A stretch of 48,358 bases of DNA from Candidatus Diapherotrites archaeon ADurb.Bin253 (GTDB taxonomy: Archaea; Nanobdellota; Nanobdellia; Pacearchaeales; GW2011-AR1), in contig MWBV01000004.1 in NCBI GenBank assembly GCA_002069705.1, forward strand, positions 1 to 48,358, written 5' to 3'. Shown in pieces: positions 1 through 8,105 of the stretch (position 1 is its first letter; each line of letters opens with the position of its first letter). The position numbers and the translations under genes are program-made. Under the pieces are notes generated by a model. The model was not told the origin of the DNA, searched no databases, and saw only the letters and a list, made by a program, of their open reading frames with translations.

Positions 1-2
1 AT

Positions 3-350
3 GTGGAGCATAAATTGTTTAAAATGCACGAATTAGCGACTGATATTATTAATAAAAATATTGAGAAGATTATTGACAATCATAGCTATGAAAATCAAAA
101 AAATGTAAATCCTTATGGATGTATTTGTTATGGGCTGGATGCGAAGTGTCATAATATTGAAAATTTAAATTGCTTTTTTTGTTATTGTCCAAATTATGAT
201 AGAACAATTCTAGAAGGAAAGTGTAAGATAGATTCTCCTGATGGAAAATATATTGAAACTATTAATGGTAGAGTATGGGATTGTTCTGACTGCACTTTTC
301 CTCATAAGAGAGAAAATGCAATTAAATTACTAGAAAAATTGTTTAAATGA
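3..350 (+). CDS. Cysteine-rich small domain (zf-like) protein; start uncertain at the window edge
   Basis: Pattern C..C H....NCFFCYCPNY...C.I....G......VWDCSDC.FPH matches the archaeal/bacterial 'cysteine-rich small domain' family. The GTG start is at the window edge; an alternative ATG is at 24. Confidence 0.7.
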   Translation: MEHKLFKMHELATDIINKNIEKIIDNHSYENQKNVNPYGCICYGLDAKCHNIENLNCFFCYCPNYDRTILEGKCKIDSPDGKYIETINGRVWDCSDCTFPHKRENAIKLLEKLFK

Positions 351-458
351 ATTGTGGTTTTGATAATTGCATATTTTGTGGATAAATTTTATTGAATTAT
401 ATTTTGAAGTATAATTATGCTTATAAAATAAAACTGCTAAGTTTTACAATAAATTAAA

Positions 459-1073
459 ATGAGGATTATTCAGGAACAACCAATTAAGACAAGACCTACT
501 TGGGATGAGACTTTTATGAGTTTAGCAATACAAAATTCTTCTCGTTCTTCTTGTTGGTTTATCAGGTCTGGAAGTACATTTGTTCAAGATAATCAAGTTA
601 TATCTTCTGGATACAATGGAGCATCATCAAGATATAAAGATAATTGTCTTGAAATTGGTTGTGCTAAAGAAAAAAGAGGATTAAAATATGAAGAATCTCT
701 TAATTCTGGTTATTGTATAGGAATTCATTCTGAGATGAATGGAATTGGACATTTAAATAAAATGAATCCAAATAAAATGACACTTTATACCACAATATTT
801 CCTTGTGTTACTTGTGCTAAAAATTTGGAACCATATTCTATTCAAAGAATTGTATTTAAGAAGAAATATCTTGATGATGAATTTAATTATGCTTTAGAGC
901 ATTTAGAAAAATTAGGAATACAAGTAGATCAACTTGATTTGAGCTTGAGAAGATTTTGGGATATTGGTGTATATCGTAAATGGAAAAAGAAGGATATATG
1001 GACAGATGAGGAAATAGAAAATGCAAGAAAACTAATTGATTGTTGGGAGGATATTTTTAAAAAAACTAATTAG
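459..1073 (+). CDS. dCMP deaminase (cytidine/deoxycytidylate deaminase family)
   Basis: N-terminal RPTWDETFM, ISSGYNG, and zinc motifs HSE and PCVTC; lies in a cluster with thyA. Confidence 0.9.
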   Translation: MRIIQEQPIKTRPTWDETFMSLAIQNSSRSSCWFIRSGSTFVQDNQVISSGYNGASSRYKDNCLEIGCAKEKRGLKYEESLNSGYCIGIHSEMNGIGHLNKMNPNKMTLYTTIFPCVTCAKNLEPYSIQRIVFKKKYLDDEFNYALEHLEKLGIQVDQLDLSLRRFWDIGVYRKWKKKDIWTDEEIENARKLIDCWEDIFKKTN

Positions 1074-1074
1074 A

Positions 1075-1656
1075 ATGATATTATCTGCATTAAAAGTTCT
1101 TGAGTTAAATGAAAAATACAACTTAATTGAGGGTTTAAGTGAGAGAGAATTGAAAAATCCTGAAGGGAGTCTTTTGGATTTAAGAATTGGACAGATTCAT
1201 AATATTATTGGCGAGAGTTTGCTTGGAGTTAAAGAAAGATATTCTTCTAAGACCGAAACTATTGGAGATGTTAGAAAAGATGGGAATAAAAGATTTACAA
1301 TTAAACCTGGAGAATATTATTTGGTAACAACAATAGAAGTAGTTTCTTCTCCTGCTGAGAAAATAAAATATGATGAAAATTTTCCTGAAGCATATTTAAT
1401 ACCTAAGATTTGTCCTAGAAGTTCATTACAGAGAGGAGGAATAAGTTTGCATTTCACTTCAACTAATCCCGGATATAAAGGACAATTAACTTTTGGAATA
1501 AAAAATTTGGGAAATCAAGATTTTATTTTTGAATTGGGTGCAAGAATGTTTAGTATAGAATATTATGCTGTTGTCGGAGATATTAAAAGAGCTTATTCTG
1601 GACAACATCAAGGGGGGAGAGTTACCAGCAACGGTAAGATTGAAATTCAAAATTAA
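1075..1656 (+). CDS. dCTP deaminase/dUTPase-fold protein with atypical active-site residues
   Basis: LDLRIG, PRSSLQRGG and NPGYKGQLTF motifs of the trimeric Dcd/dUTPase fold. The ATG at 1075 lies 1 nt after the upstream stop and is preferred over the track start at 1036. Confidence 0.8.
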   Translation: MILSALKVLELNEKYNLIEGLSERELKNPEGSLLDLRIGQIHNIIGESLLGVKERYSSKTETIGDVRKDGNKRFTIKPGEYYLVTTIEVVSSPAEKIKYDENFPEAYLIPKICPRSSLQRGGISLHFTSTNPGYKGQLTFGIKNLGNQDFIFELGARMFSIEYYAVVGDIKRAYSGQHQGGRVTSNGKIEIQN

Positions 1657-1657
1657 A

Positions 1658-2095
1658 ATGAAAGAATTTCAAGTGACTCCTCAAGAAAAATATGATTTTT
1701 GTGTTTGTTCTGTTTTGCAAGCTATTTTAAGAAATTATAATATAAACCTTTCTCAAGAAGAGATTTCAAAAAACTTAATGCCTGGTAAAAATGGAGGGCA
1801 TATGATTGATGATGCAAGCATAGGCAATTTTTTGTTTTCAAACGGTTTCAAATATGAACATTATTTTTGGAATCAAACTCCATTCAATGAACCAGATAGT
1901 TTACTTGAAGAGATGGATAAAAACGAGGGATTTGTAGGAATAAATAAACATGTATATATTTTGAGAAATTTCAAAGACCCTGATTTGGAAATGATTGACC
2001 CAGTTAATGGAGAAGTTATTAGAAGGAGTATATTTGATGTTCTTAAGGAAATGCATGAGAAAGACGGAGGTTTTGGATTAATAAAGAAGTTGTAA
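1658..2095 (+). CDS. Peptidase C39-like (papain-fold) protein
   Basis: Q-x5-C (QEKYDFC) followed by an LSQEEI helix, a His (KHVYIL) and IDP, in the usual C39 order. The ATG at 1658 follows the upstream stop by 1 nt. Confidence 0.6.
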   Translation: MKEFQVTPQEKYDFCVCSVLQAILRNYNINLSQEEISKNLMPGKNGGHMIDDASIGNFLFSNGFKYEHYFWNQTPFNEPDSLLEEMDKNEGFVGINKHVYILRNFKDPDLEMIDPVNGEVIRRSIFDVLKEMHEKDGGFGLIKKL

Positions 2096-2157
2096 AATAT
2101 ATACATTGGAATTCAACTGTATTTATAAAAGAAAATTATTTTAGTTTTATAATAAAA

Positions 2158-3339
2158 ATGGTGCAACAGTATTTAGATTATTCATTAGATATTTTAACTT
2201 CTCCATATTCTAATTTTAAAGGGGGAAGCAAAGATTCTGGAATTATTTCTTTATTTGGTTATCAAAATAGATATGATTTGACTAAAGGATTTCCTTTAAT
2301 CACAACAAAACAAATGCCTGCTAAATCTAAATCCATGTTTACAGAGTTATTGTGGTTTTTAAAAGGAAATACAAATATTGAATACATGGAAAAGAATAAT
2401 TCTCCTGTTTGGAGAGCAGATGCTTTTCAACATAATCTTGAGAAAATGACTGATGCAGGAATTTATCCTAAGGGAATGCAAAAATATTCTCCAGAATGGA
2501 CTGTTGCAAAAGAAAATTATGGAAAAAGGATTAAAGAAAATCATGATTTTGCTATGGCTTGGGGAGATGCTGGACCTATTTATCCAAAGCAGTGGAGAAG
2601 GTGGAGTAAATTTTCTCCTTTAGAAAATCAAGAACAATTATATGTGAAAAATAAAGATGGAGAGTTTATTCCATTTGAAGGTAAAGTTTACAAAGAAGAA
2701 CAAATTGACCAAGTAAAAAATATGATTGAGGGTTTAAAGAAAAAACCAACAGGCAAGAAACATATTTTAACTGGATGGAATGTTGCAGATTTAAATGATA
2801 TGTCGCTGCCTCCATGTCACCTTTTGTTTCAAGCAACTGCAAATGAGAATGGGGAAATGGAGATGGAACTCTATCAAAGGAGTTGTGATTCATTTTTGGG
2901 TGTTCCATTTAATATTGCACAGTATGCCGCATTGACACAAATTATAGCTAAAGAAGCAGGTATGACTCCTAAAACATTTGTTCATACATTTGGAGATGCT
3001 CATTTTTATACTTCAATAGGAGAAAGAACAATGTGGTATAAAAATAATTTTAAAGAGGTTCAAGGAAAAATAAGAGATGCAAGAGATTTAGAAAAAAGAA
3101 CAGGTGACAAATCAAGTTATTTAGAAATTGTTGAATGGATTAATAAACGTGCCCCTGCAGACGGAAATATGGAAGATTACGACCATGTAACAGCAATTCT
3201 TGAACAATTAGCAAATGAACCTTTAGGGCTTTGTAAACTTGAGATTGTAGATAAACCTTTTGATAAATTAGAACTTAATGATTTTACTATTAAAGATTAT
3301 AAACACCATCAGAGAATATCAAGAAAAATGTGTGTTTAA
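2158..3339 (+). CDS. thyA: Thymidylate synthase ThyA, enlarged by insertions
   Basis: GFPLITTK, ELLWFL, GPIYPKQWR, LPPCH (catalytic Cys), YQRSCD.FLGVPFN and GDAHFY motifs. Confidence 0.97.
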   Translation: MVQQYLDYSLDILTSPYSNFKGGSKDSGIISLFGYQNRYDLTKGFPLITTKQMPAKSKSMFTELLWFLKGNTNIEYMEKNNSPVWRADAFQHNLEKMTDAGIYPKGMQKYSPEWTVAKENYGKRIKENHDFAMAWGDAGPIYPKQWRRWSKFSPLENQEQLYVKNKDGEFIPFEGKVYKEEQIDQVKNMIEGLKKKPTGKKHILTGWNVADLNDMSLPPCHLLFQATANENGEMEMELYQRSCDSFLGVPFNIAQYAALTQIIAKEAGMTPKTFVHTFGDAHFYTSIGERTMWYKNNFKEVQGKIRDARDLEKRTGDKSSYLEIVEWINKRAPADGNMEDYDHVTAILEQLANEPLGLCKLEIVDKPFDKLELNDFTIKDYKHHQRISRKMCV

Positions 3340-3340
3340 A

Positions 3341-3820
3341 ATGAATTTGACTATAATCGCAGCAATTTCTAAAAATAATGTTATAGGAAAATACGGAGAA
3401 ATTCCGTGGTATATTCCTGAAGATATAAAAAGATTCAAAGATATTACATTTAATCATCCTGTTATTATGGGAAGAAAAACTTACGAATCTCTTAGTGAAA
3501 AATTTAAGCCTTTACCTGGAAGAAAAAATATTGTTCTTTCAAATACATTAAATGAACAAAGTGGAATATATCTAGCAAGAAACATAGAACAGGCAATTGG
3601 TTTTACAGACAATAAAGATTCTTTTATAATTGGTGGAGGAGAGATTTACAAAAAATTCCTTCCTTTTTCAAATAAATTAGAAATAACTAGAGTTAATCAA
3701 AATGTTTTTGGAGATATTCTTTTTCCAGAAATTAATTTTTCTGAATGGGATTTAATAAATCGAGAAGATAGAGGATTTTATTCTTTCTTAACTTATTTAA
3801 GAAAAAACCAACAATTTTAA
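3341..3820 (+). CDS. folA: Dihydrofolate reductase
   Basis: IAAISKNNVIG, IPWYIPED, VIMGRKTYESL, PLPGRKNIVLS and IIGGGEIY motifs. ATG at 3341, directly after the thyA stop. Confidence 0.97.
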   Translation: MNLTIIAAISKNNVIGKYGEIPWYIPEDIKRFKDITFNHPVIMGRKTYESLSEKFKPLPGRKNIVLSNTLNEQSGIYLARNIEQAIGFTDNKDSFIIGGGEIYKKFLPFSNKLEITRVNQNVFGDILFPEINFSEWDLINREDRGFYSFLTYLRKNQQF

Positions 3821-3844
3821 AAATAGAACATTTGTATATGGAAC

Positions 3845-4156
3845 ATGGTGGCAGAATTAACAAATGGTAGTTTTAATGAATTTATCAAAGAAGGAACTGT
3901 CTTAATTGACTTTTATGCTGATTGGTGTATGCCTTGTGTTATGATGGGGCCTATTGTTGAAGAGGTTGCAGAGAAATTTAATGGAAAATTAAAAGTGGGT
4001 AAGGTTAATGTTGAAGATGGACATGAGATTTCACAGAAATTTGGTGTTTCGTCTATTCCTAATTTTGTTTTGTTTAAAGATGGAAAAGTTATCACTAACT
4101 TTGTTGGAGCTATGAGTGAAGAAGAATTTAGTGAAAAAATACAAAAATTTCTTTAA
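3845..4156 (+). CDS. trxA: Thioredoxin
   Basis: DFYADWCMPC (WCxPC), KVNV, VSSIP and FKDG; 103 aa. Confidence 0.95.
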   Translation: MVAELTNGSFNEFIKEGTVLIDFYADWCMPCVMMGPIVEEVAEKFNGKLKVGKVNVEDGHEISQKFGVSSIPNFVLFKDGKVITNFVGAMSEEEFSEKIQKFL

Positions 4157-4217
4157 TGCAGGATGATATATTCTGTATTGGTTAATTTTATAAAGTGATT
4201 TTATCTTTTTCTGAGGT

Positions 4218-4242
4218 ATGGCTCCGTAGCTCAGCCTGGTTA
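4218..4242 (+). repeat. 25-bp duplicate of the tRNA-Lys 5' end (acceptor 5' strand to D-loop)
   Basis: atggctccgtagctcagcctggtta occurs at 4218-4242 and again at 4289-4313. Confidence 0.95.
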
Positions 4243-4290
4243 AAGTTCTAACGAACAAACCATTCTGAGATTATGAAGCTGTTACATCAT

Positions 4291-4365
4291 GGCTCCGTAG
4301 CTCAGCCTGGTTAGAGCACTGGACTTTTAATCCAGGTGTCGTGGGTTCAAATCCCATCGGGGCCA
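4291..4365 (+). tRNA. tRNA-Lys(UUU)
   Basis: Full cloverleaf: acceptor GGCTCCG/CGGGGCC, D-stem GCTC/GAGC, anticodon arm CTGGA-CTTTTAA-TCCAG, T-arm GTGGG-TTCAAAT-CCCAT. CCA is not encoded. Confidence 0.97.
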
Positions 4366-4456
4366 TATTAACTTTAATTTAATTTTTTAAATTTGATTTG
4401 AACCTTTGGGTTTAACATCGAATTTATGAGGTGTTAGGTCGAGCGTACGTGAGGCC

Positions 4457-4475
4457 CAAATCCCATCGGGGCCAT
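4457..4475 (+). repeat. 19-bp duplicate of the tRNA-Lys 3' end (att-like)
   Basis: caaatcccatcggggccat occurs at 4348-4366 and again at 4457-4475. Confidence 0.9.
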
Positions 4476-4524
4476 TTTTTGTAAATTTTAGTAGTACTAT
4501 GAATGGATGTAGTGTATAACCTTA

Positions 4525-4545
4525 ATGCAAAGGTTTAAAAACCAA
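4525..4545 (+). promoter_or_regulatory. Putative BRE/TATA promoter for the RNA polymerase genes
   Basis: A purine-rich run followed by TTTAAAAA (aaaggtttaaaaacc) about 90 nt upstream of rpoH. Similar boxes precede rps12, EF-2 and EF-1A. Confidence 0.5.
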
Positions 4546-4632
4546 TTTTTGTTATCTTTTATTATCACAAAGTTGTTAAATATTTATCCTGTGGCCAGTG
4601 TGCTGAGGATTAAATGACATTACACATTCAAG

Positions 4633-4842
4633 ATGCACATTCTACAACCAAAACACACAAAACTTAACGAAAAAGAAGTTCAAGAATTGTTAAAGAAATA
4701 TAATGTATCTAAATCTCAATTACCAAAAATTCTTCTCAATGATGCTGCCTTGGCAGATATGAATTGTGCTGTTGGAGATATTATAAAGATTGAAAGAAAA
4801 GAAGAAGATAAAATAAATTTGTATTTCAGAGTTGTAGTTTAA
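4633..4842 (+). CDS. rpoH: DNA-directed RNA polymerase subunit H (Rpo5)
   Basis: HILQPKH, QLPKI, GDIIKIER and YFRVV; canonical position before rpoB. Confidence 0.95.
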   Translation: MHILQPKHTKLNEKEVQELLKKYNVSKSQLPKILLNDAALADMNCAVGDIIKIERKEEDKINLYFRVVV

Positions 4843-4849
4843 AAATTAA

Positions 4850-7800
4850 ATGGCAAAACAAGGACACATAATCGTTAAAAATTACTTGAATGAACATTCA
4901 TTAGTTGAATCTAATATTATTTCTTTTAATAATTTCATAGAAAAAAAACTTCAAGAGATTGTAAATGAAATTTCTGAAACAATTACAAATGAAGAATTTG
5001 AGATAACCCTCGGTAAAATTGAAGTTGGAAAACCAAGAGTAACAGAAGCTGATGGAAGTGCTTCTTTGATAACTCCTGCTGAAGCTCAATTAAGAAACCT
5101 TACATATGCTGCTCCAATAACCCTTGAACTTACTGTAAAAAAAGACGGACAGATTGATTCAGAAGTTGTGGAAATTGGAAGAATACCAATTATGGTTAAG
5201 AGTAAAAATTGTAATACTATGGGAATGTCAAAAGAAGACCTTATTGCAAATTACAACGACCCTTTAGATCCAGGAGGGTATTTTATAATTAAAGGAAATG
5301 AAAGAGTGATGATTATGGCAGAAGATTTAGCTGAAAATCAACCTTTCATAGAAAATAACAAAAAAGGAGATTTGACCCTTAAATTATTCTCATTAAAAGG
5401 AACTTATAGGATACCTATAACAATAACTGAAAATAAGGAAGGTATCTTTAATGTTTCTTTCAGCAGATTCAAGGATATACCTGCAATTGTTTTACTTAAA
5501 GCATTAGGCTTAACAAAAGAATCTGATATTGCAAAATATATTGGTAAAGAAACAGATAGTGTTATTGTTAATTTATATGAATACACAAATATGGCTGAAA
5601 AAGAAGATGCTATGATGTTTATTGCTGAAAAGACAAATCTTCAAGGTACAAAGAAAGAAATTCTTGACAGAGTTAAACAAAGAATTGATTCATATTTATT
5701 CCCTCATATTGGACAGAAAAAAGAAGACAGAATGAAAAAAGCTGTAACTCTTTGTAAATTTATTAAACAATTTTTAGTTGCTAAAGAAAATCCAAGATTA
5801 AGAACTGATAAAGACCATTATGCAAATAAGAGAGTTAGATTATCTGGAGATTTACTTGCTACATTATTTAGAGTAAATTTAGGAATTTTAGTTAGAGATA
5901 TACAATATTCTCTTCAAAAATCTTCTAAGAGAAAGAAATTCTTTTCTATAAAAGTATTAGCTAAATCAACTTTGTTTTCTCATAGAGTTGAATCTGCAAT
6001 TGCAACAGGTTCATGGACTGGTGAAAGAAGCGGTATAACCCAGAATATTGATAAAACAAATTACCTTGCAACAATTTCACAATTACAAAGAGTTTCAAGC
6101 ATGCTTCCTGGAGATCAAGAAAATTTTATGGCAAGAACTCTTCATCCTACTCACTATGGAAGATTCTGCCCTATTGAAACACCAGAAGGAACAGAAATTG
6201 GTCTTAGAAAGAATTTGGCAATACTTGCAAGAGTTTCAACAAGAGTTGAATTAGATGAATCAAAATTCATGAAAGATTTGGAATCTCTTGAATTAAATAA
6301 AGAGGATATTGGAAATTATGATGTGTTTTTTAATGGTATGTTTATTGGAACAGTGAATGATGGAAATAAATTTGTAAAACAAATAAGAGAAAAAAGAAGA
6401 GAGAATCAACTTCCTGTTCAAATGAGTTTCAGAGAAGATGAAGGAATAAAAACAATTTATATTTCAACAGAATCAGGAAGAGTTTTAAGACCTTTAATAA
6501 TTGTTGAAAATGGGACATCTAAACTTAAGAGCGAACACCTAGTACAAATAGAACAAGGAGAAATCAAATGGAAAGACCTTATTGAAAAAGGGATTATTGA
6601 ATATTTGGATGCTGCTGAAGAGGAAAATGCTTTGGTTGCACTTAATGAAGAAAGTTTAACTCAAGAACACACTCATCTTGAAATTGATCCTGTTTCATTG
6701 TTTGGAACTGTTACAAGCCTTGTTCCATATGGTAATCACGACCAGAGTTCAAGATTAAATAGAGGTTCAAAAACCCAGAAACAAGCTCTTGGATTATATT
6801 CTGCAAATTATCTATGCAGATTAGATACCGATGTAAGTATTTTACAATATCCTCAGAAACCGATAGTAAGAAGTTTTGTTTATGATACTTTGAATACATA
6901 TCCAGCAGGACAAAATCTTGTTGTAGCTATAATGGCGTACGAGGGATATAATATGGAAGATGCTTTAGTATTAAATAAAGGAAGTCTTGATAGAGGACTT
7001 GGAAGAAGTTTTTATTTCAGACCTTATTCTGCAATTGAAATGAATTATGCTGGTGGATTAAAAGATGAAATTGCTATGCCAGAAAAAGATGCTTCTGGTT
7101 ATAGGATGGAAGCAAGTTATAGACATTTAGAAGATGATGGAGTTATTTCTCCAGAAGCAGAAGTTTCAGAAGGAGAGGTCATGATTGGTAAGATGTCTCC
7201 TCCAAAATTCTTATCTGAAGCAAGAGAAATTTCAATAAGAACAAAGAAAGAATCAAGTGTGGCAATGAGGCAAGAAGAAAAAGGAATTATTGATTCAGTG
7301 TTTATTACAGAAGATAATGAAGGAAATAAAATTGTTCAGGTTAAAACAAGAGACCAGAGAATTCCTGAGCTCGGGGATAAATTTGCAACATCTCATGGAC
7401 AGAAAGGAGTTATTGGTATGATTGTACCTGAAGAAGATGTTCCTTTTACTTCAAGAGGTATGAGACCTGATATTATATTTAATCCACACGGTTTGCCTTC
7501 GAGAATGACAGTAGGATATTTACTTGAATTACTTGCAGGTAAAGTGGGTTCATTAAGAGGAGAGATTGTTGATGGCACTTCTTTCTCTGGAGCAAGCAAG
7601 AAAGAACTTGAAGAACAACTTGAAGATTTAGGATTTAGATTTGATGGTAAAGAAACAATGTATAATGGAATAACAGGAAAGAAAATAGTTTCAAGGATAT
7701 TTGTAGGAGATTTATATTACTTAAAATTAAAGTATATGGTAGGAAATAAAATGCATGGAAGAGCTTCTGGTAAAGTTGCGCTTTTAACAAGACAACCTAT

Positions 7801-8104
7801 TGAAGGTAGAGCAAGAGGAGGAGCATTAAGATTAGGAGAAATGGAACAGCAAGCATTAGTTGCTCATGGAGCTTCGTTGTTATTAAAAGAAAGATATGAT
7901 TCAGACAAAGTTGTTTTACCAATCTGTACTAAGTGTGGAACAATTGCTATTGAAGATAGTGTGAGACAAAAAACTTATTGTCCAATGTGTAGCAGCGAGG
8001 ATATTGAACTAGTTGAAGTATCATATGCATTTAAGTTGCTTCTTGGAGAACTCCAAGGCCTTCATATAAATACAACTTTTGAATTAAAGAATAAATACGA
8101 ATAA
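4850..8104 (+). CDS. rpoB: DNA-directed RNA polymerase subunit B (Rpo2), unsplit
   Basis: GGYFIIKG.ERV, CPIETPEG, GYNMED, GDKFATSHGQKG, RQPIEGRARGGALRLGEME, and a C-terminal CxxC..CxxC. Confidence 0.98.
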   Translation: MAKQGHIIVKNYLNEHSLVESNIISFNNFIEKKLQEIVNEISETITNEEFEITLGKIEVGKPRVTEADGSASLITPAEAQLRNLTYAAPITLELTVKKDGQIDSEVVEIGRIPIMVKSKNCNTMGMSKEDLIANYNDPLDPGGYFIIKGNERVMIMAEDLAENQPFIENNKKGDLTLKLFSLKGTYRIPITITENKEGIFNVSFSRFKDIPAIVLLKALGLTKESDIAKYIGKETDSVIVNLYEYTNMAEKEDAMMFIAEKTNLQGTKKEILDRVKQRIDSYLFPHIGQKKEDRMKKAVTLCKFIKQFLVAKENPRLRTDKDHYANKRVRLSGDLLATLFRVNLGILVRDIQYSLQKSSKRKKFFSIKVLAKSTLFSHRVESAIATGSWTGERSGITQNIDKTNYLATISQLQRVSSMLPGDQENFMARTLHPTHYGRFCPIETPEGTEIGLRKNLAILARVSTRVELDESKFMKDLESLELNKEDIGNYDVFFNGMFIGTVNDGNKFVKQIREKRRENQLPVQMSFREDEGIKTIYISTESGRVLRPLIIVENGTSKLKSEHLVQIEQGEIKWKDLIEKGIIEYLDAAEEENALVALNEESLTQEHTHLEIDPVSLFGTVTSLVPYGNHDQSSRLNRGSKTQKQALGLYSANYLCRLDTDVSILQYPQKPIVRSFVYDTLNTYPAGQNLVVAIMAYEGYNMEDALVLNKGSLDRGLGRSFYFRPYSAIEMNYAGGLKDEIAMPEKDASGYRMEASYRHLEDDGVISPEAEVSEGEVMIGKMSPPKFLSEAREISIRTKKESSVAMRQEEKGIIDSVFITEDNEGNKIVQVKTRDQRIPELGDKFATSHGQKGVIGMIVPEEDVPFTSRGMRPDIIFNPHGLPSRMTVGYLLELLAGKVGSLRGEIVDGTSFSGASKKELEEQLEDLGFRFDGKETMYNGITGKKIVSRIFVGDLYYLKLKYMVGNKMHGRASGKVALLTRQPIEGRARGGALRLGEMEQQALVAHGASLLLKERYDSDKVVLPICTKCGTIAIEDSVRQKTYCPMCSSEDIELVEVSYAFKLLLGELQGLHINTTFELKNKYE

Positions 8105-8105
8105 A

